Positions 1-12,729 of a stretch of DNA of 64,000 nt are shown piece by piece. The stretch lies in contig OZ076409.1 in assembly GCA_964187785.1 (NCBI GenBank), positions 9,982,001 through 10,046,000 of the forward strand. The letters run 5' to 3'. The notes below the pieces were generated by a model that was not told the DNA's origin, searched no databases, and saw nothing but the letters and a program-made list of their open reading frames with translations. The DNA comes from Amphiscolops sp. MND2022 (lineage: Eukaryota). Both the position numbers and the translations under genes were made by a program. Numbering within the stretch: the first letter of the stretch is position 1; each line of letters opens with the position of its first letter.

Positions 1-400
1 GTGGCAAGTGTAATGTAGCTAGAGGTGTATATTCAATATCAGGTAGTGGTACAATATTAGATGGAAGGTTTGGTGAAACACGGGCAGTTTTAATAGCAGT
101 TGGTTGTTTGTAATTTACAAGATGTGCGACAGTATGAGGGGGTGGTATGTGAACAAATGATGGTTGAGATCGAGAGCGAGGAGTATAAGGTATTTCAGCA
201 ATAGGTGGTCTACTAATATGGGTAGATGTTGTATGAGAAGATGGTGCTGGTGAAGTAGTTGTAATATGAGATCTTGGTCGTTTTGAAGGAGTTACAGGAG
301 TTACATTACTAGTGGTAGTGGTGTTTGAAACTGAGGATTCAAATGGAGAAGGTATATGAGGAGCAGAGGGAGATGTTTCAGATGAAGAATCCAGGTTGGT
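1..400 (-). pseudogene. Ser/Thr/Pro-rich extra ORF (ORF-X) between pol and env, copy A
   Basis: Manual translation is stop-free from ~400 to 1 (NLDSSSETSPSAP...VTPVTPSKRPRSHI...SRPPIAEI...YKQPTAIKTAR). It shares these motifs with ORF 20414-20860 of copy B. No in-frame ATG is seen. Confidence 0.65.
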
Positions 401-476
401 AGTCCAGTTTGGTTAGAGGTTATTTTCACTTTTTATGTGACTAGTTGGAGCAGTGACTATAGAGTGAATGAATGTT

Positions 477-1888
477 TCACAGTTTGGATGTTGGTATGAA
501 AATACGATAATCCATTTTCGGTAGTTGTCTTAAATTATAATGAGTTTTGGTATCTCTATTATTTGTAGTAGAAGGTGACGGAGATTGGTTTTGAGATCGG
601 TGACGATTTCTGTCACGGGACTGATTGGTACCAGGAGGTTGAAGAATTGATTGAAAAGGTGGGTCAATTTTTGAAGGAGGATTAGTATTTGATGAAGTTT
701 GTGGAGAAAAGTTATTTGGTGACAAGGTTTGGTCATTATCTGAAAAGGATGTATCATCAGAAAGGGATTCATCGGAATTAAAAGGTGATGAGTCGCTATT
801 GGCATATTTAATAAGTTTTGGAATGTCTGAATTAATTGAATCAGAGAAACGCATGAAATTACGAAGGAGAGGATAGAAGAGTGATTCTTTTGGATAATAG
901 GGGCTTAAGTGGTTTCTGTGAACATGTAATGTAGAACCATCTTGTGCGAGAAGTTCATATGTAACATCGGATAATCGATCGAGAATTTTGTATGGGCCAA
1001 TCCGAAGCGGTTTAAGTTTGTCTGAAAAATGAACGTGTGCAAAATGGCGTTTAAGGACGAAGGTGCCAAAAGGAAGTGGTTTACATTCATGGTAGGTTTT
1101 AGTAATGTATGCTTGAGAATTGAGTTTTTTGAGAGTATAATAATATACAGTTGAATAAATTTGTAACATTGCAGTTTCTACAGCAAGAAACCAATGTGGA
1201 ATGGGTTTTGAAAGAGTTTTGTAAAAGAAAGGATTTAAATCTGTTTTGTCATAGTGTGAGTGTTCTGGAAGTTGTGAACAGTATTGTGAAATACAAGTTT
1301 TGGAGCTGTTACGGTTAAGGTTAAGATCAAATGTCAGTGGGATTCTGGGTCTTGTGTGAAACACTATTTCGTAAGGAGAAACATTGAGTTCTGAAATTAG
1401 TTGAGAATTGTGTGCGTAAGCATACATGTGGATTTGGAAAGCCCAATCTTCAGGAGTGTTATGAAGAAACATACGAATATGTGTTCCAAGATTTCGATTT
1501 TGTTTTTCAACAAAGCCATTTGTCCAAGGAGAATATGCTGTTCGTGGAGAGTGTCTAATACCCATAAGTGTACAAAGGTGGACCATCTTCCTTAACATCC
1601 ACGATATTCTGATCCACGATATTCTGATCCACGATCAGTGACGAGGTAAGTGGGAGGGCCATATTTGGTAATCCAATGGTGTAATAAAGTTTTAACTGCA
1701 GTTTTTGCATTGTTCGATTTGATTGGAACAGTAACAACAAAGTGGCTAAAAGCGTCAACGATAACGTGAATGTATGATTTACGTTGTGAAGGAGGATTAA
1801 TAGGTCCTTTGGTATCCATTGAGATTCTGCAATTGAAGAATGGAGCGTGTTCTGAAAACGATTTTGTTGCAGCAGTTTGAATTTTCAT
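477..1888 (-). pseudogene. Integrase (DDE core plus GPY/F region), frameshifted
   Basis: ORFs 1592-1888 and 477-1598 carry ISMDTKGP, IVDAFSHF, TDRGSEY, TAYSPWTNGFVEKQN and LRIGPYKIL. A 15-bp tandem duplication (ATCCACGATATTCTG x2, 1597-1626) repeats RGSEY at the frameshift. Confidence 0.9.
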
Positions 1889-1966
1889 GTTAAAGTGTTT
1901 GTTTTTTTGACATTCAAGACAATCATGTACAAAAATAGAGTGCCATTTTTCAAGATAAGGAATGTA

Positions 1967-4340
1967 CTAATATTGAGAAAAAGTGTTATAGGTTGTTTTA
2001 ATACCTGTATGAGAATGGTCATGTAATTTTGACCATTCGAAAATTTGGAACATTCGAAAAGGGAGACAAATTCTGATAGTACTATGCAGTAGGTTTGGAA
2101 TTGAAATAGGTTGTGTTTCAGGAGGAAGTGGATTTGTTATATAAAGGCTTACGAGGTTAGTAGTGGTATCGATGAAAACTTGTTTAAATCTTTTGTAATA
2201 TGCGTGCAAAAAGAGATTGCCAGTAATAAGGGGGGTGAGAAATTCAGGCTTTTCATTACGAGATATGCAAGAATGTACAGTTCGAAGAACTGGGTCTTGA
2301 GATTGTTGTACTTGAAGTGTTTTAAGGTCCAATGAGTAATCGTCAGGGAGGAAGAAACCTTGAAAATACATTTTGTACTTGAAAAAGGAAGGGTCGTAAA
2401 AAGATATTAATTGTGAAGAATGTGTCAGAGAGGTAGAATTAGTTTGTACGTCTATAGCAGAAGTAATTTCGGATAAGGATTTTGGTTTTGTGGTGGGTTT
2501 TGGTTTGGTTATTGTAGAAAAGGTTTCTTGTTCATGTAGGGTTTCATCAGGTGAAAAGGAAGAGTTATATTTTGGAATTCGAGTGTAGATATGATCTTCG
2601 TCAGCACTTGTAACATCAGTATCATTGACAAGAAGAGATTGTTGATGAAGGGATTTGTTATGTTTTTTGACCGGAGCTTCAAATTTGGTTTTAAAAGGGG
2701 TGATAGCGTTGAATGAAAATGAGTTCAAAGGTTTAACTATAATGTCATTACCTTTGTCATTAATACGTAATGAGAATTGGTCTGTACCATAATCTACAAG
2801 AACTAGATGAGAATCGTGTTTTTGATGTGGTAGAACTACTTCATGTTTGATTAAGTAATGTGCGGGTTTAAGTTTGTTGTTTTGTAATATTGTGAAATCA
2901 ATATGAGGTGGAAGGTGTTTATGTTTGAGTTGATTGATTTTTAATTCTTCTTTAGTAAAAGATCGACTGAGTAAGTCAGCAACAGAAAGGTTTTTTCCTG
3001 GAGTATGTATTATTTTAAGTTTCGAAAATTTGGTGAGTTGCATTTGTGCTCTATAAAAGCGTGGACTAAGGTTTCCTTTTTTTGTAAAACAATGTAAAAA
3101 GGTTTATGGTCAGTGAAAACGTGGATAGGATGTGGTGATCCTATAATGATGAATTCGTAGATTTGAAGGGCGTGTACAATACCAAGAAGTTCGCGTTCAA
3201 GAGTAGAGAGTTTTTATTATTGTGGGTTTAATATACGTGAGTTGTAAGAGATGACTTTCATTTGGTTTTGTTCATTCAGTTGAAAAAGGTCAGCGCCTAA
3301 TCCAATAAGGGAAGCATCTACAGTTATAAAGAAAGGATGTTTTGTATTAGGAATTGTAAGTTCTGTATTGGAAGTGCGAGAATTTTTCAAAGTTTGAAAC
3401 AAACGTTCATGGTCTTCAGTCCATTTCCAAGGGGTATTTTCATGTAACAAATCGTAAAATGGTTTGAGATTAATATGAAGTTTTTCGATGAATTTGGTGT
3501 AAAAATTAAGTGCACCTATGAAACTCATAAGGGCGACTTTTCCAGTGGGTGAAGGAATCTTGTGTATAGCTGTAATTTTGGAATGTATGGGTTTCATAGT
3601 ATTATAACCTATTTCATGTCCCAAAAATTTGACTTTGAGGAGCATGAAAAAAAAATTTCCGGAGCAAGTTTAAGGTTATTTTTTGTGCTAATAATATGTA
3701 GTTGTTCAATAAGTTGAAACATGTGTTCTTTAGAATTTGATAGGAGTGAAATATCATCGATGTACACAAGAGCAAAACCTTGTTCAATAAGTGTTTTAAA
3801 GAATGATGACATTTGTTCATTAAAAAAATTTGGAAGGCATTTGAGACCATAAAAGCCTCGTATAAAAGCGAAAAGTTTATCGCCTTAAGAAAAACTTGTA
3901 AGTTTGATAATTTCTTCGTCAAGAGGGGTATGCGCATAGGCGTACATGAGGTCTATGGCTGATTTGTATTTTTTATTTGCTCGTGCGAGTTGTGGAGCAA
4001 AAAGTTCAATAGGCCAAGATTCGTCCGATTGTTCTGTATTAGAATTGAGGTGACGGACATCTAGTACACATTTAATGGAATCACCTTAGGGTATAATAAT
4101 AAGAGGGTTTAAGTAAGTTGTGCCACAAATGGGTTTATCGTGAGGAGAAGAACCAATTTGTTTTATAATGTTATGTTTTTCTAAATCTTTGAGAAGAGTA
4201 TTGAGTTTATCACGGTAGTGGATCGGTACTTTAGATGGACGTTGTGTAAGCAATTGAGCGTTTGGTTTAAGTCGAATGCGGAAAAGAGTTGCAATTTTGC
4301 CAACATCATTTTTATGAGTAGCGTAACAGGTTTTATATTT
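1967..4340 (-). pseudogene. Reverse transcriptase, RNase H and linker to integrase, fragmented
   Basis: ORFs 3609-3812 (ALVYIDDISLL), 3217-3645 (VKFLGHEIG, FIGALNFYTKFI, ITVDASLIGLGA) and 1967-3043 (IIHTPGKNLSVADLLSR). Confidence 0.9.
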
Positions 4341-4343
4341 GAG

Positions 4344-6464
4344 TTACAAATTACAAAGTGTGATATATTTTGTATCAGTAAGGTCAGAGAATTGGAACTT
4401 GAATGTATGTATGAATTTGAGGTTTTCTGGTGAGTACGGAAATGAAGGGAACACTCTATGTTGTGAAGAATGAGAAGTAGGTTGAACGTTATATATAAAT
4501 GGTGAGTGTGATATTGAATTGGTGTCGGTCATATAGACTTGATTTAGTGAAAATTGTGTTGGAAATATTGTTTGTTGTGATGTAGTTGGTGAGTAGTTTG
4601 TTGGTGGTATAAGTTCTGTAATTTCCGGGTGGTATGTATCAGTAACATTGTGTATAAGTGTGTTTAAGTCCTTGACTTGGTAATATTTGGGTTTTTCATT
4701 AGTTATTGGAACTTCAATATAACCAATGTGTCCTGTAGGTAGTGTTGCAATGTGATTTGTAGAGTTTTGTATGATTGTGGCACAAGTGTCTGGTTTGTCA
4801 TCTGTAAAGACTTCAATAAAGTTGAAAGTTGTACGAAATTTGGATGAAAAATAAGTATGTGGATTTGTAGGGAAAAATTGTTTTTGTGGTGTTGTTGAGA
4901 AATGGAGGCTATAATAGTTGTTGATAGGAAAGTGTGCAATTTGGGAAGAATTCGGTTTTAAACGAATTTGGGTTTTGGAGTTGATTCTATAGATATAGGA
5001 GAAATATGGATAATCTTTGGATAGTAAAGATGTAAATTTAGCATAATTGGGATATACTCTTGAGTGGTGTTTAAATTGTAAAGTAAAGTCTTGTATATTT
5101 ATATTTTGAATATTTTCCTCAAAGAAGGGTGTACCAAGGATGTTGTCTTTAATATCAGCTACTGCGAACGGTATTGTGAATTGACGTGAATTATCTTCTA
5201 TGGTTGTGTTTAAAGTATTGGTGATGTAGTGTAAAATAAGAACTTCTGTCTGATTAGCAACGGTGAGTGTTTTAGATGAATTATGAGGAGGATTTTGTTT
5301 AATATTAAGAAGTTTTGCAATAGTAATATAAGTAGGATGGTTTAATACAAAAATTGAAGCCCCACTATCAAGAAGGAAGGAAATTTCAAGCCTTGAAGGG
5401 TAATCACGATGGTTTTGATTTGAGGATGTATGTGTGTATAAAGAGTAAAACCAGCTTGTAGGAGTTAATGCATTTGTCATATCTGTTGGGTGGTACATGT
5501 GTATTTCAAAGTTGATTGGGTCAGTAGAAGCTTGTGGTTGAATGTTATTGATTTTGTTTCGTGTGTGAGAATGAGAGCGAGATCTAGAATATTGGGAATC
5601 TCTAGGTCGAGACGGCGGTCTATAAGAAAAATTGTACCGTGGAAAGTTGTTATCTCCTGAGTATGATCGAGATTTGTAACGGGAACGTGAATCGCGTCTA
5701 TAAGGTGATCTGTAGGAAGATCTATATGGTGAACGATATGAGCGAGAATCTCGGTGATAGTTGTCATAACGAGATCGAGTGTAATGTGGAGGGGTGGTAG
5801 TTCGATCGTAATTATAGCGAGTTCTTGAAGTAGATCGTTGTCGAATATGTTTTTGGTAATCATGACAAGATGTACTTCGACTACGGTATCGTGTGGGGTA
5901 TTCAGTTGGTTTTGTATCAAATCTTTGTGTTTCATCTTTGGAGGAGGAACGGAAATATTGTACAAAAGATTTTTGAGGGGATTTTGATCTCGCATAAGTA
6001 TCGCGTTTATCTTCATCATCTCGTTGTTTTTTAAAACAAGCAAAGATAGAATGATTTGTTCGATGGCAATAGGAGCAGTACTTTTTGTAAGCAGGTTTTT
6101 TGTTATTTGGATCTCGTGGTTGTGTAAACATTACTTGGTCAGATTGTTGTGAGTGTAATGACTGAGTTTGTAGTTGTTTTGTAATGTTATTGACTTCGGG
6201 GGTAAGATCATGTGTACGTATCTTGTCGTTTGCCATGTCTTCAGCATCGACAAGTTTTACAAGTGTATGAAAGGGTATCGAGGGCTCTAAAATAGTAGAA
6301 GTATGTTTAACTTGTCTTTTGTTTGCGAAGTCCTTAAGGTTTTTTGAGAAGTCCTTTTGTAAATATCTCGTTACATTTGAGGTTGATAGTTGATGCGTTC
6401 TCATTGCACCAGCCTTTTTCAACAAGTTGTTGAACTCTGAGTGCAAATTGACGAACAGTCTCAT
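4344..6464 (-). pseudogene. Gag C-terminus (zinc knuckle plus RS-rich tract) fused to aspartic protease; 706-codon open segment
   Basis: CSYCHRTNHSIFAC knuckle, an RSRS/YRS tract, LLDSGAS protease motif and DNILGTPFF. Gag-like frameshifted sequence continues to ~7290. Confidence 0.88.
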
Positions 6465-8604
6465 TGTCTTTTTTTATTAAACTAAGAGCTTCAACTTGTG
6501 CGTAATGGGCATTTTTCTGTGATGAAAATTGCTTTTTGAAAGCTTGTACATAAGCGTGCCAATCTTGTTTGTAAGTGTCATTTAAACGAATGTACCAACT
6601 AAGAGCAGTTCAAGTTAGTGAGCATTGTATAAAAGCCATTCGGCGTGCATGCCAAAATTTGTACTCGTGAGCAGTAGGAGGTTGTAATCCTAGCGAAAAT
6701 GTAACACGGGCCTCATTATGTTGTAAGTATTCTTCTGGTGTATAAATATGGTCTAAACCATCAAAAGGTTTAATGGGTTCTGAGATTGAAGTAGCAGAGT
6801 TAATGTATGTAGGTATATTTAAGGTAGACAGAGGTATTGTAGTTGGAGGTATAGTGTGAGTGGTAGAAGGTTAGAGGATGTGGAAGGATTTAGGACATTG
6901 ATTTGAGGTTGAATTGGAATTGTTTGTACGGGTTGAAGTGTTTGTGTTATAGTAGTAGGAATATGAGTCTGAAAGTGAGTAGAAGAGGGTTGTATATTTA
7001 AATTAGATTGTGTATTATTGGAACTGAATTGTGATTGTCTATTGGTACTTGTTAGGTTGTACGAAAGTGGGTTTTTTTGAATGAGTGGTATAGGAGGTCG
7101 TGATAAGGTACGAGAAGTTGTAACATTAGTTATGGGATTAGTGTGTAAAGTATTAATAGTTAGTATAGGATGAGTAGTGGGTTGTAGAGGTGGTTGAGCA
7201 GGAAGGTATGGTATTGTTTGGGGAGATTGTATTGGTGGAGTTGTTGTTTGGAATTGAGTTTCAATTAAAGGTAGTTGTCTAGTAGAAAATGTTTTAATGC
7301 TCCAAAGGGTCCCCTTCAGTTTTTTTTTGATATTTTGCGACAGAATGGATGTTGAAAAATCCGAAAGGCTCCACCTTTTAGCGCGTCAAGGGCCCGCGCT
7401 GGCGTGCATCCGGCGTGCCAGATCGGTCGTTTGGGTTTTTCGAAAGTGTTTCGAACTTTTTTGCGAGTTTGATACTTTGAGTTTTTTCTGACACTTTGAT
7501 GTCCTCTTGCTATTTTTGAGCCTTAGAAATGGCACCGACTTATGCTGTATCCGGCTTGTTAGATATAACATTGATATCTTCGTTTATATAAAGTATTCCA
7601 ATCATGGGATGTTTAAGATTAACTCATTAGATTAAAACATCATCGATGGAAAATTATCAAAAATAGTTTTGCTGGGATGACGGATTCAAAAACAATTTCA
7701 GAGTGAATTGGGTCTAAATTATTCAGTATGATGCAGAAACAAAATGGCAGAATTTTGCAAACGAGCTGGAGATTGCGGTTTGAAGTTTGAACAAATCGTT
7801 TGAAATTTTTAAAAAATACATGCGCACTACGTGAAACAGTGCACTGCTCAAATGAGTGTTCAAATGCCTGGAATCAAAAAATCGAGTAAGTTGAAACTTT
7901 TTTTGATTATATTCGGGAGTTACTTCAGCAAACGTTGACAGAGTACTCGGGGTATGAGAGAAAAAGCAAGCTAGGAACGGCCCAAGTCGAACCTCGATCA
8001 AGGCTCAAAAAGAGCAAAGTGTTTGAAATAATCAAAAGAAAACTGTTGAGAAACTTTTTAATTATTCAATTATTATACAGTGCCAAAAAACAACCCAAGA
8101 TGGGACACTCGAGAATCCAAAACAGCGTTGTTTCCTGAACTGGAAACAGGTCAAACTTCCCATAGAAAATTTTCAAAAATAGTTTTGACAAAAAAGTCAT
8201 ATACTGCCGATAATTCAAACCGAGAACATTAAGCATCATTGATCGCTTTGTCAGGTTAAACACCCCGTTATCAACAACACTTCAGAAAAAGTGTGAAAAT
8301 TTCGTTCAACCAAAAGTTTGCTGAGAGCCGAAGCATGTCACAAATTTATTCGTCCCACAGAAAAGAGTTCAAAAGAGAGACAGGTCTCACAGCCCGCTCC
8401 CAGCTGTTATCGCTTTGAATGCGATTACAATTAAATTTGCTTTGATGAACTAATTAGAATGATTTTTGTGACGTCATCGAGACAGCTATGCTAGCAATGC
8501 GTTGTTATTTGGAATGATTTAAGTTTTGTGACGTCATTAGTATGAGAATTGGAATGATTTTTGAGCTTGCCGTAATACCTCGGTAAACCGCCGCTCAGCT
8601 ATAT

Positions 8605-8750
8605 CTAATTTTAATACGTACGGAGCAGTTACGAAGCAAATTACAGCTGTGCCTAATCTTAATACGTACGGAGCGACTACGGAGTTAATTGTAAGCTTGC
8701 AAAGCTACACCTAATCTTCATACGTATGGTGCGACTACGGAGCAATTTTA
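8605..8750. repeat. Three degenerate direct repeats, 48-58 bp spacing
   Basis: Core CTAATYTTMATACGTAYGGWGC at 8605, 8653 and 8711. Confidence 0.7.
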
Positions 8751-9385
8751 CGATTGTAGTTACAAAATTAGATAATTGAAAAAATTTAGTATGAAATTTG
8801 CTCAGGAATTGATGATTGCAAAGAGTTTTTGAATAGAATGCAACGTAAGGACAACCTCATAAGAATGGATTCTTCTTTTCAGATTAACTTCATACCAGTG
8901 TTTTCATTGAGTGTTCTGCATGTATACTATTGAATCGAAATTGTCAATCGAAGTAATTACGTGTTTATGTTATTAACCGATGTTCTGATTAGCATTTTTC
9001 AAAGTGTGGAATTTGTTGACCGCAAGGTCTCCGTTGTTTTAGTACTTATGTGATTGTATGTTTAGCTTAGATTTATTTACGTCGTTTTATGTTCGTGCTA
9101 ATAATACTGGCATTAACTGGGAACTGTTATTCCGGCATCATTTGTTCCTTTTCATCAGTAATCAAATGTTTCCGCTCTCTACATTATTTAATCCGTCTCA
9201 GTTACGCCGTCAATTTTGCTATTCATACTTTTGTCTTGAGCACTTGAATTCCCAACTTGGAAATTGACAAATTGATCACGCCGGTGTGCCTCCGTCGATA
9301 GAAACATCAAGCCGGTTCTCATTTTGCCGCCATTTTGACGTTCAAACAGGAAGTGTATCGTTTGAACAAATTTGATTTCAACAAA

Positions 9386-10768
9386 TGTTACGGAAGGGCG
9401 ACGCAACTAGGAGTTTCGATATATGATTTTGTGACTCGGGACTGAAATAATATAAATCAACTGTGTTTTTGTCTTGTTCTTTGTTCATGAACCTTTCTTC
9501 TGTTCTCTTTCCTTTTGCTGTGATTTCACTCTTTTTCGAGCTCCTTTACTGCTTCTTTCGTCTCTTTTCATCCATATTTCCTAGATTTTTTTCAAATACA
9601 ATGTAAAATTTTTCAAACATTACATTTTGGTGCTTTTCCATGTGTAATATTTTCATTTTTATGACCTGTATACTCTGTTTCAATGTTTTACATACTCTTT
9701 CACATCCGTCTGTTATTTATGTGGTCTTCTCCACTTCGATTTAATATTCCACCTTCTGTTTCAAACCTAGCTCCTAATCAGTTTTCAACTTTGCTTCTCA
9801 ATCACTTCGGTTCGACATATACTACACAACTTTTTTCACATTTCCTATTTTGAAGGAATGTTCACTCACTCCTTAGAATGAAATTCTTTCAAAAGATTTT
9901 TCTCGAAAGTTTTCTATCAAGGCAACGAAGTTTTCTTTTTGAAAATATCTGAACAAGTTGTGAAAAATAATATGTCACTCATTGAACTCAAATTACCTTC
10001 TGTCACTTTTCTCACTTTGATCACGCCGCCGTCTTGCCGCTAAAGTGCCAATGCGAATTCTGGTTTTAGTATGTAAAAAATGACGTCAAGATGAACGCCT
10101 AAGTTGACACGAAAACTAAGAATCTTCGTTCGTCCCTTGCTTCATGTTTGTCAACAAGGTCGCGTATTGTCTTTTTACTGTCCTGATCCTTTCAAGCCTC
10201 TTCTGGTCTTTCCCGTCCTCCCTCTTCTGTTCTTACTTGCACTGTTCACGTCACCTTAATTTTGCAACCCGTTCGAAGGTGTAAACTAAAGACTAACTAA
10301 AAAACAACGACTCCAAATATTAAAATCCTTTTACACCACTTTTAAAACATCTTTTCATTACTTTAAAATATGTTTTTTAAATTCTATATTTATTCATATT
10401 CAAATGAAAACCCTATGTTAAACTAGACTCCAACTCTTCAATTATTAGAAATAATCACGCTCATATTACTTGACCTCAAGCTAGAAGTTCTATATTGCAC
10501 GAACCTCACGTAAGGGAAGAATGATTACAACTTGATGAAACCTCTGATTAAAACTTCCATATACAATTTGATTTTCCTTGAAAATATAAAACGCACTTTC
10601 TTTACTCCCTCTGACCTCTAAAACAACTCTTTCACCAACTCACTCCTACCTCAGACATATTAAATCACGCTCATCATATAGTCGCTCTTAAACCAAACCC
10701 TACCTCATCTCAGTCATCAATTGTCGGAGCCCCAGCGTTGCGATGGACCCGTAGTGCAACCCTGAACA
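9386..10768 (+). mobile_element. Probable LTR-element remnant with TGTT...AACA ends
   Basis: Starts TGTTAC at 9386 and ends TGAACA at 10768. Its T/C-rich plus strand resembles the leader of copy D. No clean target-site duplication. Confidence 0.3.
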
Positions 10769-11020
10769 AACAGAAAAATAGCCAAATTCAACAAAACTTA
10801 AAGACTTATTATGTTTTTGGAAGTCATGTAAATGTTTAATTTTTTCCCCATTCAAGGATATATTGATTTGATACTGATGTTAAATTAGTATGTCAAATGT
10901 CTTTTTGTCATGAAGATTCAACACTTTAAGTTGAGTCATCTTTATATGATGCAATTTTAGGGCTACAGTGCGTTTGTTATTTCATTCACGCAGTAATGAT
11001 CGTTTTCGCTCAATTTGGCA

Positions 11021-11245
11021 ATACGGCATTATACAGTTTCTCGAGTGCCGCATGTACGGCTTCATACTGTTTTGCACAATATTGGTATGCGGCAATATAC
11101 GTTTTTAAGAGTAACGCAAATGCGTTATCATACGTTCCTTCTGCATACGGTATTATACGTTTTTCATGATAATGTACACACGGTCTTATACATTTTCAGC
11201 AGGATTAACTACGCGTTATAGATAATGCATACACGATGCTGTATA
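11021..11245 (+). repeat. About 8 degenerate copies of an ACGG-x-TTATAC motif at ~25-33 bp spacing
   Basis: ATACGGCATTATACAG 11021, GTACGGCTTCATACTG 11054, ATACGGTATTATACG 11145, ACACGGTCTTATACA 11178 and others. Lies upstream of the PPT/LTR at 11409. Confidence 0.55.
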
Positions 11246-11408
11246 TCATTTTAAATACCTTGTACCTTGCTTTATACCTTCTTTTTCAGGGTCCAATAGG
11301 ACTGCTAGGTTTGTTTTAAATGCCATGCTATGATGATCGCAGGATATAAATAGAATGACGTCCTTTTGATGCAATGCTATTTTTGTACTTTTCCCAGCGC
11401 GACTCCAT

Positions 11409-12196
11409 AAAAAAGGGGTGTGATACTTTCATTTTGAAACCAGGAGTGCAATAAGAGAATTTGTCAGAGTTGTTTTCCACCTTCGCTGAATGCAGTTGCT
11501 TCTTAATTGCATATCACTTGTTCAATCTGTAAACTTTTCTTCAACAACTCTGATCACCAACCGTTTCATATTTCATCAATTCACTGAAGAAGTTCAATTG
11601 TTTTCTCTCTGCAAACTGCTGTTTTCAACTAAGCAAAGATGGGAAATAAAGGAGACAGACGCTCTAGGAGAGTAGAGACACCTTCCCCTGAGAGAGGAGT
11701 CAATAACACCGAGCTAGAGACGCCTAACACAGGTAATGAAACTTTAACCAATTTAAATGTGAATATTCAAGAAGGTTTAGGTGATAATATCTCAGAAAAT
11801 CAATTAGCTGAACCCAGCCAAACTAGCAACGAAATACAAGTTTGGACACAGCTTTTAGAGCAAAAAAGCAATGACAGAATCACCAAAATGAGAGAGGAAA
11901 TAGACAATAAACTAGAAACCATCCTGAAAGAAATTAGATCGAACAAAAGCATGTCAACAACCACAAACCCAGGTCAGAAACAGCAGACACCCAAAATCCA
12001 CAACCGTTGGGATCCAAGTCTATTGGAGTACACGCATCTTACATTGAAAATTCTAATTCAGAAAACGAGGACTATTCTATTAAAGCCCCAGGGTCCAAGG
12101 ATCTGAGACATCCTGCAAAACCGTTGTATCGTAATGAGATAGACCTAGATGAAACAATGATCTCAAATGAGGACTCTGAGGAAGAGGATTATGACA
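11409..12196 (+). mobile_element. Polypurine tract (11409-11418) plus 3' LTR (11419-12196) of a family 2 Ty3/gypsy element
   Basis: AAAAAAGGGG directly precedes TGTGATA. The segment ends TATGACA (one mismatch to the inverted TATCACA) and no TGG PBS follows. It contains frameshifted Gag N-terminus-like ORFs 11639-12106 and 12007 onward, organised like the start of copy C. Confidence 0.65.
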
Positions 12197-12239
12197 ACAA
12201 TATTTTTAATTTCATTTTCAAAATCCTGTCAGATGATAT

Positions 12240-12538
12240 ATCTAGAATCCAATACTTAATCATCATCCCCCTACCCATTTTATTTATGTCTAGACATAAT
12301 ATACGCACTTTGAATTTTAATGTATTTTATTTATATTCTATACACATTCTATTATGCAAATCACTTTTTTTGATAAGTAACCATTCACAACGATAATAAA
12401 ATCTTCGCCGTCAAGTGCTCTTCTCCTCAGGCCTAATACTGCAGCTCTGTTAGAGTCTCTTTAAAGTACTTCATATCTCATCTAAAATATTACAACATCC
12501 CAAAACAAAACAAAACAAAACAAAACAAGTACTTTACT
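12240..12538 (+). mobile_element. Diverged family 1 LTR remnant containing a (CAAAA)5 microsatellite (12501-12525)
   Basis: Shares ATCCCCC...TATGTCTAGAC, CCTAAT..CTGCAGCTCT.TTAG.GTCTCT and the terminal AAGTAC.TT.ACT with the LTR at 48967-49299. No PBS follows. Confidence 0.6.
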
Positions 12539-12729
12539 TGACAAGAATCTGGGAGGGGAAGATTTCGATTACGTCGAAATTTAGTGCGGTTTTGCAAAAT
12601 GTTGAAATAAAGTCTGTCTACAGTAATTTTGGGCCATGTTATGGGAAATCTAAAAATTACTTTTTTTAAGCAAATATACGGCGACAATTCCAAAAGCCAA
12701 TTGTCTGCATTTACCAATTCTGCAATTTT

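Larger units (their letters stand above)
1..7290 (-). mobile_element. Ty3/gypsy LTR retrotransposon copy A (family 1), degenerate, 5' truncated, continues past window start
   Basis: Minus-strand domain order gag (CX2CX4HX4C knuckle CSYCHRTNHSIFAC), protease (LLDSGAS), RT (VYIDD), RNase H (ITVDAS..LG), integrase (ISMDTKGP, TDRGSEY, SPWTNGFVEKQN, IGPY). RT-RH-IN order is gypsy-type. Many frameshifts. Confidence 0.93.

Noticed and set aside
7300-8420. GC-rich patch and short ORFs after the copy A truncation
   Set aside because: Probably an interspersed repeat, but I could not identify termini, internal pol III boxes or coding motifs.
9381-10773. Solo LTR with target-site duplication
   Set aside because: The flanks ACAAA and AACAG do not match for TG...CA ends. 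Kept only as a low-confidence remnant.
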